Of a stretch of 64,000 nucleotides of DNA, positions 50,655-62,069 are shown piece by piece. A program made the position numbers and the translations under genes. The DNA lies in the NCBI RefSeq assembly GCF_963921235.1, contig NC_086108.1, forward strand, positions 100,504,001 to 100,568,000, in the 5' to 3' direction. This stretch comes from Mobula hypostoma (lineage: Eukaryota). The first letter of the stretch is position 1. Every line of letters begins with the position of its first letter. The notes below the pieces were generated by a model. The model made no database searches. It saw only the letters and a list, made by a program, of their open reading frames with translations, and was not told the DNA's origin.

Positions 50655-53600
50655 GTGATATCAAAAACACGTAAGTTCACAGAATATTTTGATGTTCATG
50701 GTGATGGTGGTGTAACGGCTGAAGCTGGAAATATAGGAACAACTAGCACTAGTGCGGCAGAAGGCATGATACAGCAACAGCCAGCATCCACTGAATGCGA
50801 AGGAACAAGTGAAAAGAACAAGTACTCTAATGATATTGGTGAATGGCCAAACAATCTAGATGATTGTTATTGTGAATATTGGATAACCAAGGGAAGTGGT
50901 GAATGTCAACATGTTTATAGTGACTTCTCTTCATCCATGCGATTGTATGACGATGAAAAGAATCCTCGGTGCTGTCAGAAGTCTTGTATTACATATGTTC
51001 ATAAACCTACGAACAAGCAACATGCAAGAAATTGGTTATGCTATTCAGAAAGCAAAGGAAGTCTATTCTGTTTCCTATGTAAGGTTATGACTTCAGGATG
51101 TTTATCAAAGTTTATTGAAGAGGGGTTTAATGACTGGAAGAATGCAAGCAATCTATTACGTCGACATGAAGAAAGTTCCTCACATAGACAAGCTTTAATT
51201 TCACTGTCGATGCACAAAAACAAAGTTAAACGTGTTGATTCCCACGTTGTGAAAGAAATGGAGACTGAACAGAAGTATTGGAGCACACTTGTAGAGCGAA
51301 TAATTGAAGTTGTAAAGTTTTTAGCAGAACGAGGCCTTTCATTTCATGGTAGTTGTGAAACTGTTGGCTCTCTTCATAATGGAAATTACTTGGGGTTGTT
51401 AGAATTACTGGCCAAGTTTGACCCTTTTCTGGCAGAGCATATAAAGGCTCATGTAAACCAAGGAAGGGGACATAAATCATACCTATGTGAGGAATTCATC
51501 AATCTGATTGGATCCAGCATACTGGATCATATTACCGGTGAAGTGAAGAAGTACAAGTATTATTCTGTTTCATTGGATTCTACTCCAGATATATCTAATG
51601 TGGACCAGCTGACTTTGACTGTGTGCTATGTTTTGCCATCTGGACCAGTTGAAAGATTTGTGAAGTTTTTGGATATGGAAGGTCATAGTGCTGAACAGTT
51701 CGCTCAAAGTTTACTTGACTTTTTAAAGGAAAATGACCTTGATATAAAAGACTGCCGTGGTCAAAGTTATGACAATGCCAGCAACATGAGTGGCAAGTAT
51801 AGTGGCTTACAAGCACGAATTAAAGAGCTGAATGAGTTTGCGGATTACATTCCATGTTTTGCACATTCACTAAATTTGGTTGGAAAATGTGCTGCTGAAT
51901 GTTGTCAAGAAGCATTAATTTTCTTTCAATTTGTAGAAAGCCTGTACACATTTTTTTCTGCTTCTACTTATCGGTGGGATCTCCTTTCTGCTGCATTATC
52001 TGATGGTGGTGCTCATTTGCCCATTATGAAAAGAACATCAGATACCAGGTGGTCAGCTCGTGCAGATGCAACAAAAGCACTTTTACACAGCTTTTCTGCA
52101 ATAAAACAAGTCTTGGATGACATTTCAAATAACAATGATCAGAAGGCAGAGTGTCGACAACAGGCTCATGGACTACTTTCAACCATGATGAAGTTGGAAA
52201 CAGGAATAATGGTCATATTGTGGGATCAAGTATTACAGTGTTTTCAAATGACCAGTGCTTTGCAATCTTCTGGACAAGACTTGAACACAGCTTGTGCACT
52301 TTATGAATCCTTGCATGGATATATTCAAGCTATGCGGTCTACTTTTTCAGACATTGAGCAAAAAGCCAAGGATCTGACTAAGTGTGAAGATTATCAACAG
52401 CAAACTCGAAGAAAGCACAAGCAAAAAATTATTGACAGCTTGCTTTCTGCCCTGTCAAAAAGGCAGAAAGCTTATCTAAAGGTAAAGGTAGTGCACCCGT
52501 GGCTGACAAGAGAAATTAGGGATAGTATCAATTCCAAAGAAGTAGCATACAAATTAGCCAGAGAAAGTGGCTCACCTGAGGACTGGGAGAAATTCAGAGT
52601 TCAGCAGAGGAGGACAAAGGGCTTAATTAGGAAGGGGAAAAAAGATTATGAGAGAAAACTGGCAGAGGACATAAAAACGGACTGTAAAAGCTTTTATAGA
52701 TATGTAAAAAGGAAAAGACTGATAAAGACAAATGTAGGTCCCCTGCAAACAGAAACAGGTGAATTGATTATGGGGAGCAAGGACATGGCAGACCAATTGA
52801 ATAATTACTTTGGTTCTGTCTTCACTAAGGAGGACATAAATAATCTTCCAGAAATAGTAAGGGACAGAGGGTCCAGTGAGATGGAGGAACTGAGCGAAAT
52901 ACATGTTAGTAGGGAAGTGGTGTTAGGTAAATTGAAGGGATTGAAGGCAGATAAATCCCCAGGGCCAGATGGTCTGCATCCCAGAGTGCTTAAGGAAGTG
53001 GCCCAAGAAATAGTGGATGCATTAGTGATAATTTTTCAAAACTCGTTAGATTCTGGACTAGTTCCTGAGGATTGGAGGGTGGCTAATGTAACCCCACTTT
53101 TTAAAAAAGGAGGGAGAGAGAAACCGGGGAATTATAGGCCGGTTAGCCTAACGTCGGTGGTGGGGAAACTGCTGGAGTCAGTTATCAAGGATGTGATAAC
53201 AGCACATTTGGAAAGCGGTGAAATGATCGGACAAAGTCAGCATGGATTTGTGAAAGGAAAATCATGTCTGACGAATCTCATAGAATTTTTTGAGGATGTA
53301 ACTAGTAGAGTGGATAGGGGAGAACCAGTGGATGTGGTATATTTGGATTTTCAAAAGGCTTTTGACAAGGTCCCACACAGGAGATTAGTGTGCAAACTTA
53401 AAGCACATGGTATTGGGGGTAAGGTATTGGTGTGGGTGGAGAATTGGTTAGCAGACAGGAAGCAAAGAGTGGGAATAAACGGGACCTTTTCAGAATGGCA
53501 GGCGGTGACTAGTGGGGTACCGCAAGGCTCAGTGCTGGGACCCCAGTTGTTTACAATATATATTAATGACTTGGATGAGGGAATTAAATGCAGCATCTCC

Positions 53601-54437
53601 AAGTTTGCGGATGACACGAAGCTGGGTGGCAGTGTTAGCAGTGAGGAGGATGCTAAGAGGATGCAGGGTGACTTGGATAGGTTGGGTGAGTGGGCAAACT
53701 CATGGCAGATGCAATTTAATGTGGATAAATGTGAAGTTATCCACTTTGGTGGCAAAAATAGGAAAACAGATTATTATCTGAATGGTGGCCGATTAGGAAA
53801 AGGGGAGGTGCAACGAGACCTGGGTGTCATTATACACCAGTCATTGAAAGTGGGCATGCAGGTACAGCAGGCGGTGAAAAAGGCGAACGGTATGCTGGCA
53901 TTTATAGCGAGAGGATTCGAGTACAGGAGCAGGGAGGTACTACTGCAGTTGTACAAGGCCTTGGTGAGACCACACCTGGAGTATTGTGTGCAGTTTTGGT
54001 CCCCTAATCTGAGGAAAGACATCCTTGCCATAGAGGGAGTACAAAGAAGGTTCACCAGATTGATTCCTGGGATGGCAGGTCTTTCATATGAAGAAAGACT
54101 GGATGAACTGGGCTTGTACTCGTTGGAATTTAGAAGATTGAGGGGGGATCTGATTGAAACGTATAAGATCCTAAAGGGATTGGACAGGCTAGATGCGGGA
54201 AGATTGTTCCCGATGTTGGGGAGGTCTAGAACGAGGGGTCACAGTTTGAGGATAGAGGGGAAGCCTTTTAGGACCGAGGTTAGGAAAAACTTCTTCACAC
54301 AGAGAGTGGTGAATCTGTGGAATTCTCTGCCACAGCAAACTGTTGAGGCCAGTTCATTAGCTATGTTTAAAAGGAAGTTAGATATGGCCCTTGTGGCTAC
54401 AGGGGTCACGGGGTATGGAGGGAAGGCTGGGTTCTGA
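50655..54437 (+). CDS. Chimeric ORF: hAT transposase N-terminal ~610 aa fused in frame to CR1 ORF2 RT; expression unknown
   Basis: 1260 codons without a stop; junction KAYLKV|KVVHPWLTRE at about 52484/52485; first in-frame ATG at 50766. Confidence 0.5.
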   Translation: MISKTRKFTEYFDVHGDGGVTAEAGNIGTTSTSAAEGMIQQQPASTECEGTSEKNKYSNDIGEWPNNLDDCYCEYWITKGSGECQHVYSDFSSSMRLYDDEKNPRCCQKSCITYVHKPTNKQHARNWLCYSESKGSLFCFLCKVMTSGCLSKFIEEGFNDWKNASNLLRRHEESSSHRQALISLSMHKNKVKRVDSHVVKEMETEQKYWSTLVERIIEVVKFLAERGLSFHGSCETVGSLHNGNYLGLLELLAKFDPFLAEHIKAHVNQGRGHKSYLCEEFINLIGSSILDHITGEVKKYKYYSVSLDSTPDISNVDQLTLTVCYVLPSGPVERFVKFLDMEGHSAEQFAQSLLDFLKENDLDIKDCRGQSYDNASNMSGKYSGLQARIKELNEFADYIPCFAHSLNLVGKCAAECCQEALIFFQFVESLYTFFSASTYRWDLLSAALSDGGAHLPIMKRTSDTRWSARADATKALLHSFSAIKQVLDDISNNNDQKAECRQQAHGLLSTMMKLETGIMVILWDQVLQCFQMTSALQSSGQDLNTACALYESLHGYIQAMRSTFSDIEQKAKDLTKCEDYQQQTRRKHKQKIIDSLLSALSKRQKAYLKVKVVHPWLTREIRDSINSKEVAYKLARESGSPEDWEKFRVQQRRTKGLIRKGKKDYERKLAEDIKTDCKSFYRYVKRKRLIKTNVGPLQTETGELIMGSKDMADQLNNYFGSVFTKEDINNLPEIVRDRGSSEMEELSEIHVSREVVLGKLKGLKADKSPGPDGLHPRVLKEVAQEIVDALVIIFQNSLDSGLVPEDWRVANVTPLFKKGGREKPGNYRPVSLTSVVGKLLESVIKDVITAHLESGEMIGQSQHGFVKGKSCLTNLIEFFEDVTSRVDRGEPVDVVYLDFQKAFDKVPHRRLVCKLKAHGIGGKVLVWVENWLADRKQRVGINGTFSEWQAVTSGVPQGSVLGPQLFTIYINDLDEGIKCSISKFADDTKLGGSVSSEEDAKRMQGDLDRLGEWANSWQMQFNVDKCEVIHFGGKNRKTDYYLNGGRLGKGEVQRDLGVIIHQSLKVGMQVQQAVKKANGMLAFIARGFEYRSREVLLQLYKALVRPHLEYCVQFWSPNLRKDILAIEGVQRRFTRLIPGMAGLSYEERLDELGLYSLEFRRLRGDLIETYKILKGLDRLDAGRLFPMLGRSRTRGHSLRIEGKPFRTEVRKNFFTQRVVNLWNSLPQQTVEASSLAMFKRKLDMALVATGVTGYGGKAGF

Positions 54438-54539
54438 GTTGGATGATCAGCCATGATCATAATAAATGGTGGTGCAGGCTCGAAGGGCCGAATGGCCTAC
54501 TCCTGCACCTATTTTCTATGTTTCTATGTTTCTATGTTT
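52485..54539 (+). mobile_element. Young 5'-truncated CR1 with uninterrupted RT
   Basis: Near-identical to the reverse complement of 36981-39034; (tttctatg)3 tail. Confidence 0.97.
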
Positions 54540-55659
54540 TTGAGTTCCTTCATCAGTTACAGCCATTTACACCTGAAGAAATCGTAAAGAGGTCGTCAAA
54601 TCTTATTAAATCATATTGGGAGGATCTGGAAGGAAGTCTTAATGAAGAACTTAGGGAGTTTACTGAACTGTTGAAAACTGATCTTGCTTCTCATAACAAC
54701 CAAACAAGACCTTGTAGAGTTACAGTTGTACCGTCTGATAACTGACAATTCTTTGGAGTCATGTTTTCCAAATGTAGAAAATGCCTTGCGCATCTATTTT
54801 GTCACTCATAGTTACCAACTGCAATGGAGAACGCTCATTTTCAAAACTGAAAAGGATTAAAAACGAACTAAGGAGCACCAGGGGTCAAAACAGATTGAAC
54901 AATCTCACTCTAATGAGCATTGAACATGAACTTCTGCGTGAAATAAACATTTCCAGTATCATCAACAAATTTGCTCATGCTAAATCTAGAAAACGTAACT
55001 TTTAAATTGTAGTTGTTACTTTTGACATTTGAAATTGATACCTACAAGTAAGTAATATTATTACTGAAGTGTCAGACATTTGTCGTATTATCTGACTGTG
55101 TAGCAAATGAAAAAATTGAATTACTTTACTATGCAAGTAAATTTATGTTTTAATACTTATGTGCATTTTTTAAATTTAGGGCCCCTTTATAACATGCGCT
55201 TCAGGCCCCGCACTAGCTTAATCCGGCCCTGGAGCCACCATCCTATTTGTGCCCCTCATGATTTTGTTCACTTTTATAAGATCATCCCCACAGCTTCCTA
55301 TGCTTCATGGAGTAAAATCCTTACCTGCCCAACCTCTCCCTTGAGTCCTGGTAACATTCCTGTAATTAAATTTAGAAATATCAAAACCAACCTAACCTGC
55401 AACTATATCTTTAAATGCCTACTTCAGCAAGAAATTAGCGTGGTTAATAATTAGACATTTAAGAGGATTTGCATTATCCACATGAACAGACTGTTCTTTT
55501 TGCTGTTGTTTCAATACAAAAGGCTGTTGTCTTTATTCTTATGTCAGGTATAACATATTGATGCAATTACAAAGAAGTCATGCCAGCAGCTATAATTCAG
55601 TAGTTGCTTGAGGAGATTTGGTACATCACCTAAGTTTCTAGCAAATTTATACAATCTTT

Positions 55660-58650
55660 GCGGGTTGAGTTAAGAAACTGCAATGGTAAAAGGACCCTGA
55701 TCGGAGTAATGTACAAGCCACCCAACAGTAGCTGGAATGTGGACCACAGATTACAAGAGAAAATAGAAAAGGCATGTCAAAAGGGCAATGTTAAGACAGT
55801 CATGGGAGAATTCAACATGTAGGCCTATTGGTGAAATCAGGTCGGTAATTGATCTCAAGAGAGTGACTTTGCTGAAAGCCTTTGTAGCCCCCCGGCCAGC
55901 CTCAGGGCCGTGCGGCTCGCTGTCGTCTAGGGAAGTAGCCCTCGGCCCTGCCAAACTGGGGAATTCGTTTGTGTGGATGCTGTGTGATGTACCCCACCCC
56001 GCCCAAATAACACACAATACACCAGATGCAATTAAATGATTTACAGTTTATAGATATTACTGGAACTATATAATTGATAGAGAATAAAATATAAAAGGAA
56101 AATAAAAGGTCCCACACTTATTAAAGTTCAATCTCTTCATGTACATACAGTTGGAGCTCAGGACCCTTCTTCACCCTGCGACCCCTTGGACCACCTCGAC
56201 CGGCCACCTGGGACCAACAACGGTGGTCGACCAGGCGCTCCACATGAGTCCATCTCCATCTCCTCTCCTCGCCGAACGCCCCGCTCGGGATCCGACCCCC
56301 GTTAGCAGACTCACAGCACCTGGTCCATCCTCTGTCTCTCTCTCCCGCCTTCTGCCCCAAAACCCCGTGATTACAATATCTTACAAATACACCAAAAACA
56401 TAACTACCGCAATTGGTTCATAACATCTTAGCAGTAATGTGATTCAACAAACTACTAGCGGGAAGGACTTTCTCAGCAGTTAACATAACAAAGAAGCCCT
56501 TTCAATTATAACATAACAAAGAAGCCATTTTAATTAGACTACGCAGTGACATATAAAAAAAAGAAACCCCTTACACCTTCAAGATGGCTTTTTAGAGCAG
56601 TTTGGCATTGAGCCTACTAAGGGATCAGCTATACTGGCTTGGGTGTTGTGTAATGAACTGGAGGTGATAGGGAGCTTAAAGTAAAAGAACCCTTAGAGGA
56701 CAGTGATCACAATATGATTGAATTCAACTTGAAATTTGATAGGGAGAAAGTAAACTCTGATGTAGCAGTATTTCAGTGCAGTAAAGGAAATTACAGTGGT
56801 ATGAGAGAGGAGTTGGTCAAAGTAAACTGGAAGGAGATGCTGGCAGGGATAACAGTAGAGCAGCAATGGCAAGAGTTTCTGGGAAAATGAGGAAAGTACA
56901 GGATAGATGTATTCCAAAGCAAAGAAATACTCAAATGGCAAAATAGTACTGTCCTGGCTGACAAGGGAAGTCGAAGCTAATGTAAAAGCAAAAGAGAGGG
57001 CATACAACAAAGAAAAAGTTAGTGGTAAGACAGAATTGGGAAGCTTTTAAAAAACTACAGAGAGCAACTAAAAGAATCATTAGGAGGGAGAAGATGAAAT
57101 ATGAAAGCAAAGTAGCAAGCAATATCAAAGTGGATAGTAAAAGCTTTTTCAAGTAAGTAAAGAATAAAAGAGAGATGAGAGTGGATATAGTTCCACTAGA
57201 AAATGAGGCCAGAGAAGAAATAATAGGGGCCAAGGAAATGGCAGACGAACTAAATTAATATTTTGCATGTCTTCACTGCAGAAGACACCATCAGTGTACC
57301 AGATGCTGAAGGGTGCGAGGGAAGAGAAGTTCGTGCAGTTACTATTACAAGGAAGGAAGTGCACAAAAAGCTGGAAGACCTAAAGTTACATAAGTCACCT
57401 GGACCTGATGACCTGTGCCCTAGGATTCCGAAAAAGTAATGATCTTTCAAAAACCATTGCAAGAGAAGCAGAAAATTGCACATGTCACCCCATGCTTTAA
57501 GAAAGGAGGACGACAGCAAAAAAGGAAATTATAGACCAGTTAGCCTGACCTCAGTGGTTGGGAAGATGTTGGAGTCAATTGTTAAGGATGAGGTGATGGA
57601 GTATTTGCTGACACAGGACATGATAGCACAAAGTCAGCATGGTTTCCTTAAGGGAAAATCTTGCCTGATGAACCTGTTGGAATTCTGTGAGAAGGCTACA
57701 AGTAGGATAGATAAAGGGGATGAAGCGGATGGTGTATATTTGGACTTTCAGATGGCCTTTGACAAGGTGCCACACATGAGGCTGCTTACTAAGAGCCCAT
57801 GGTATTACAGGAAAGTTACTAACATGGTTAGAGCATTGGCTGGTAGGAAACTGTGAGTGGGAATAGAAAGATCCTTTTCTGGTTGGTTGCCAGTGACTAG
57901 TGGTGTTCCACAGGGGTCGATGTTGGGACCGCTGCTTTCTATGCTGTATAGCAATGATTTGGATGATGGACTAGATGGCTTTGCTGCCAAGTTTTCAGAT
58001 GGTACAAGGATTATTGGAGGGGTAGGTTGTGTCAAGGAAACAGGTAGGCTGCAGAGGACAGACAGATCAGTAGAATGGGCAAGAAAGTGGCGAAGTGTCA
58101 TGCAGTTTGTTAGAAGAAATAAATGTGCAGACAATTTTCTAATCTGGGAGAAAATCCAAAAATCTGAGATACAAAAGGACTTGGAAGTCCTTGTGCAGAA
58201 CATCCTTGCAGGTAGAGCTGATGATGAGGAAGGCATATGCAATGTTAGCATTCATCTCAAGAGGTCTAGAATATAAGAGCAGGGATGAGATGCTGCGGCA
58301 CTGGTGAAGCGTCGCCTTGAGTATTGTGAACAGTTTTAGGCTCCTCATCTAAGAAAAGATGTGCTGGCATTGGAGAACATTCAGAGGAGGTTCACAAGGA
58401 TGATTCCAGGAATGAACGGGTTAGTATATGAGGAATGTTTAATAGCTCTGGGCCTGTACTCGCTGGAATTCAGAAGGATTGGGTGGGGTTGGATCTCACT
58501 GAAACCTTTCGAATGTTGAAAGGCCTAGACAGAGTAGATGTAGAAAGTATGTTTCCCATGGTGGGGAGTCTAGGACAAGGGGTCACAGCCTCAGGATAGA
58601 GGGCCATCCATTTAAAACAGAGAAATTTCTTCAGCCAGTGGGTGGTGAAT
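55660..58650 (+). mobile_element. Degenerate CR1 ORF2, interrupted by a solo LTR
   Basis: Collinear with 25545-28510; 'GNYRPVSLTSVVGK', 'GVPQGSMLGP'. Confidence 0.92.
55883..56575 (-). mobile_element. Solo LTR with 4-bp TSD
   Basis: TGTA...TACA ends; TSD cctt at 55879-55882 and 56576-56579; cleanly splits CR1 sequence. Strand is inferred. Confidence 0.88.
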
Positions 58651-60781
58651 TTAGATTAGATTAGATTCAATTTTATTGTCATTGCGCCAAGTACAGATAC
58701 AAAGCCAATGAAAAACAGTTAGCATCTAACCAGAAATGCAAAGAATAGTGTTATTTACAAAATAACTGAGAATAGAAAGTGCTACAGCACACAAGTATAA
58801 AAGTACTGATACAGTACAATATGGGTGCAATACTGCTTAGTGCTGTGACGTGAGGTTCAGCAGGGTCACAGCCTCAGGGAGGACGCGCTTCCTGTGCCTG
58901 CTGGTGTGGGAGCAGAGGCTCCTGTAGCGCCTACCAGATGGGAGGAGAGTAAAAAGTCCATGGTTAGGGTAAGACGCATCCTTGATAATGCTTTTCGCTC
59001 TGCCCAGGCAGTGTTTATGGTAGATGTTTTCAATGGTGGGCAGTTGGTTCTGATAATCCGCTGGGCATTTTTCACCACACGCTGGAGTGCTTTGTGGTCC
59101 AATATGGGACAATTGCCATTCCACACCGAGATGTAGTTGGTGAGTATGCTCTCAACGGTACAGCAGTAAAAGTCCATCAGTATCCTGGGACAGAGGTGAG
59201 TTTTCTTGATGCTCTGCAGGAAATAAAGGCACTATTGTGCCTTTTTGATCAGGATGGAGTAGTTCAGGGACCAGGTGAGATCCTTGGAAATGTGGACACC
59301 AAGGAATTTGAAGCTTGATACATGCTCCACTACAGCTCTGTTGATGTCGATGGGGACATGAATGTGCCTTCTATCATGCCTGAAGTCCACAACTATCTCC
59401 TTGGTCTTCTGGGTGTTAAGGGCCAGGTTGTTGTCGGCACACCATGTGGCCAGGTGCTGGACCTCATCCCTGTAGGCCGTCTCGTCATCCCCTCTGATCA
59501 GGCCAACGACTGTGGTGTCATCTGCGAACTTCATTATGGAGTTAAAACCATGTACAGGAACGCAGTCATAGGTGAAAAGGGAGTACAGAAGAGGGCTCAG
59601 CACACAGCTTTGAGGCACGTCGGTGTTCAGGGTGAGAGTGCAGGAGGAGAAGTTGTCTAACTTAACTGATTGGGGTCTGTTAGTCAGAAAGTCCAAGGTC
59701 CAATTGCAGAGGGATGAGCTAATACCAAGCTGGCGAAGTGTGGCGATCAGCTTGGAGGGGATCACAGTATTGAATGCCGAACTAAAGTCAATGAACTGCA
59801 TTCTGACATAAGAGTTGGAGCTGTCCAGGTGGGTCAGGGCAGAGTGAAGTGCCGTGGAGATGGCGTCCTCTGTTGACCTGTTGGTGCGATAGGCAAATTG
59901 ATGGGGGTCCAGGGTGGTGGGCAGACAGGATTTCAGATGTGATAGAACCAGTCTCTCAAAGCACTTTGCAATGATGTGGGTGAGCGCAACTGGGCGGAAG
60001 TCATTCAGGCCCGTGGCAGTGGAATGCTTCGGCACTGGCACAATGGTGGTAATCTTGAAGCTTGTGGGGACAACTGCCTGGGCCAGCGACAGATTAAAAA
60101 TGTCCGTGAAGACCCCGGCCAATTGCCCTGCACAGACTCTGAGCACACGGCCAGGTATTCCATCCGGACCAGCTGCCTTCCGTACATTCACCCTGCTCAG
60201 GGTGGCGCAAACATCAGAGGTGGAAAGTGAGATAGGCAGTTCACCAGGTGGGAGATCCGCTTTGAGGGTGACCTCCTTGTTCTGTCGGTCAAAACAAGCG
60301 TAGAAGTAATTGAGCTCATCAGGGAGGGAAGCAGAGCTGGAAGGGGGCACAGTACTAGGTGGTTTGAAGTCTGTAACAACCTGTATGCCGTGCCACATGC
60401 ACCGGGGGTCCGAAGAGTTGAAATGCTCCTCGATTCTGGCTGTATATGTGCTTAGCCTGAGAGATTCCCCTCCTCAGGTTGGCCCTGGCTGAGCTGTAAG
60501 CCAGGTGGGGGAGGGTAGTGGCTTTGTAAGCATCAGCCACATTTGTGTAGACATGATCCAAGGTTTTATTTCCTCTTATGGTGCATGATACATTTTGGTA
60601 AAATCTTGGAAGCACGGTACATAGGTTACAATGATTAAAGCCCCCAGCGACAATAAAGGCTCCATCTGGATGCAATGTCTGCAGCTTGCTAATAGTGACA
60701 CTGAGGTGTTTCATGGCTACTGTAGCATTAGCATCCGGTGGAACATAAACTACGACAGCAATGATGCATGTAAACTCTCGT
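58651..60781 (-). mobile_element. Rex1/Babar-type LINE (partial APE + RT)
   Basis: 388-aa ORF with 'KAAGPDGIPG', 'QFAYRTNRSTEDAI', 'MKFADDTTVVG'; (ctaat)n tail. Confidence 0.93.
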
Positions 60782-60784
60782 GGT

Positions 60785-61000
60785 TGATAATTGTGGAATT
60801 TGTTACCATGGCAGCTGTGGAGGTCAGGATGTTGGGTGTACTTGAGCTGGAGATTGATAGGTTCTTGACAACATGAAAGGCTACTGGGAGAAGGCCGGGC
60901 AGTGAGGCTGAGAAGGAGCAAAATAAGATCAGCCATGATTGAATGGCGGAGCATACTCAATGGGCCAAATGGCCTAATTCTGCTCCTATGTCTTGTGGTC
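60785..61000 (+). mobile_element. CR1 3' fragment
   Basis: Matches 28500-28720. Confidence 0.8.
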
Positions 61001-61275
61001 TATCATCTTCTGTTCTTCTTCACTTTGCAATATCACCTCCCAGCTTCTGATGCTGTTCCTACACTCTGCATCCCTCCTCTGCCTATCACCCCCTCATCTG
61101 TATCCACCTATTGCCTACCAGCTCTTGCTCCACCTTTTCCACTCTATATTTCACTCCAGGTGAAGTATCTCCACCAGAAATATTGAAAGTGCATATCCGT
61201 CGATTGATGTTGCCTTACCGAAGTTCCAACAGCATTTTGTATTGCTCTGGATTCCAGCATCTGCAGTCTCTTGCA
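61000..61275 (+). mobile_element. Degenerate PLE 3'UTR/terminal remnant
   Basis: CT-rich tract followed by gctctggattccagcatctgcagtctcttg, as in the other PLE-derived copies. Confidence 0.5.
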
Positions 61276-62069
61276 CGGCAAACATTACAAATGTTTCCTT
61301 CTTCAAAGTAAGTTTATTATCAAAGTTTATGTCCATCACTTTAGTAGATTCATTTTATTGCAGGCATTCACAGTACAACAAAGAAATACAATAGAATCAG
61401 TGAAAAACTACACACACAAACCTAACAAAAAACAGCACAAGACAAACTGTGCCAATACACAAAAATAACTACTGAGAACATGAGTTGTAGAGTCCATGAA
61501 AATAAATCCATAGGTTCTGGAATAAGTTCAGTGTTGGGGTGAGTGAAGTTTCCACACTGGTTCTCGAGCCTGATGGTGGTAGGGTAATTACTTCCTGAAT
61601 GCAGCAGCAAGACCAGCATGGCCTGGATGGTGCAGCCTTCACTTTCAACACTACAAACTTACACACTTCCAGGAAAAAAAACATTCTCAGCTCCTCTGAT
61701 CTTAAATCTCCCTGATCCTTAAGCATGTAATTCCCAAATCCAAGCACGTCCCTCATGCAGCTTTATTTCTGAATCTTTCCAATTAAGCTGGTGTAATGGG
61801 TGCTGATTTTGCACATTTTCAAAGGATACCTTTTCCAGCTGCAGCAGTGAATACATCTTGGAAAAAAGATGATGCAAATATAGACTGTATGCTTTCTTTG
61901 GCTGCCTCCTGATAGCGAACGGAAATATCAATTTTCAGGACTTTTCTGACGATTCTTAATGACTTGCATCACTGCTGTTTTATCTCTGTAACCCAGTCCT
62001 CGGATCCTCCAAGCCTCAAATTTACTATATATTATGTAACACTTATACTACTGCTATTACAAAGCTCTT

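Larger units (their letters stand above)
50025..55231 (+). mobile_element. hAT DNA transposon (TTF/ZMYM1-like transposase) interrupted by a CR1
   Basis: 'WLCYSESKGSLFCFLC', 'GFNDWK', 'SLDSTPD', 'GQSYDNASNMSG', 'CFAHSLNL', 'TRWS'; after the CR1, 'GERSFSKLKRIKNELRS'; right terminus ttaatccggccctg at 55218-55231. Confidence 0.92.

Noticed and set aside
50655..52484. Host ZMYM1/ZBED-type domesticated gene
   Set aside because: A transposon terminus is retained at 55231, the C-terminus is frameshifted and the native ATG is out of frame; it looks like a transposon copy, so no gene symbol is given.
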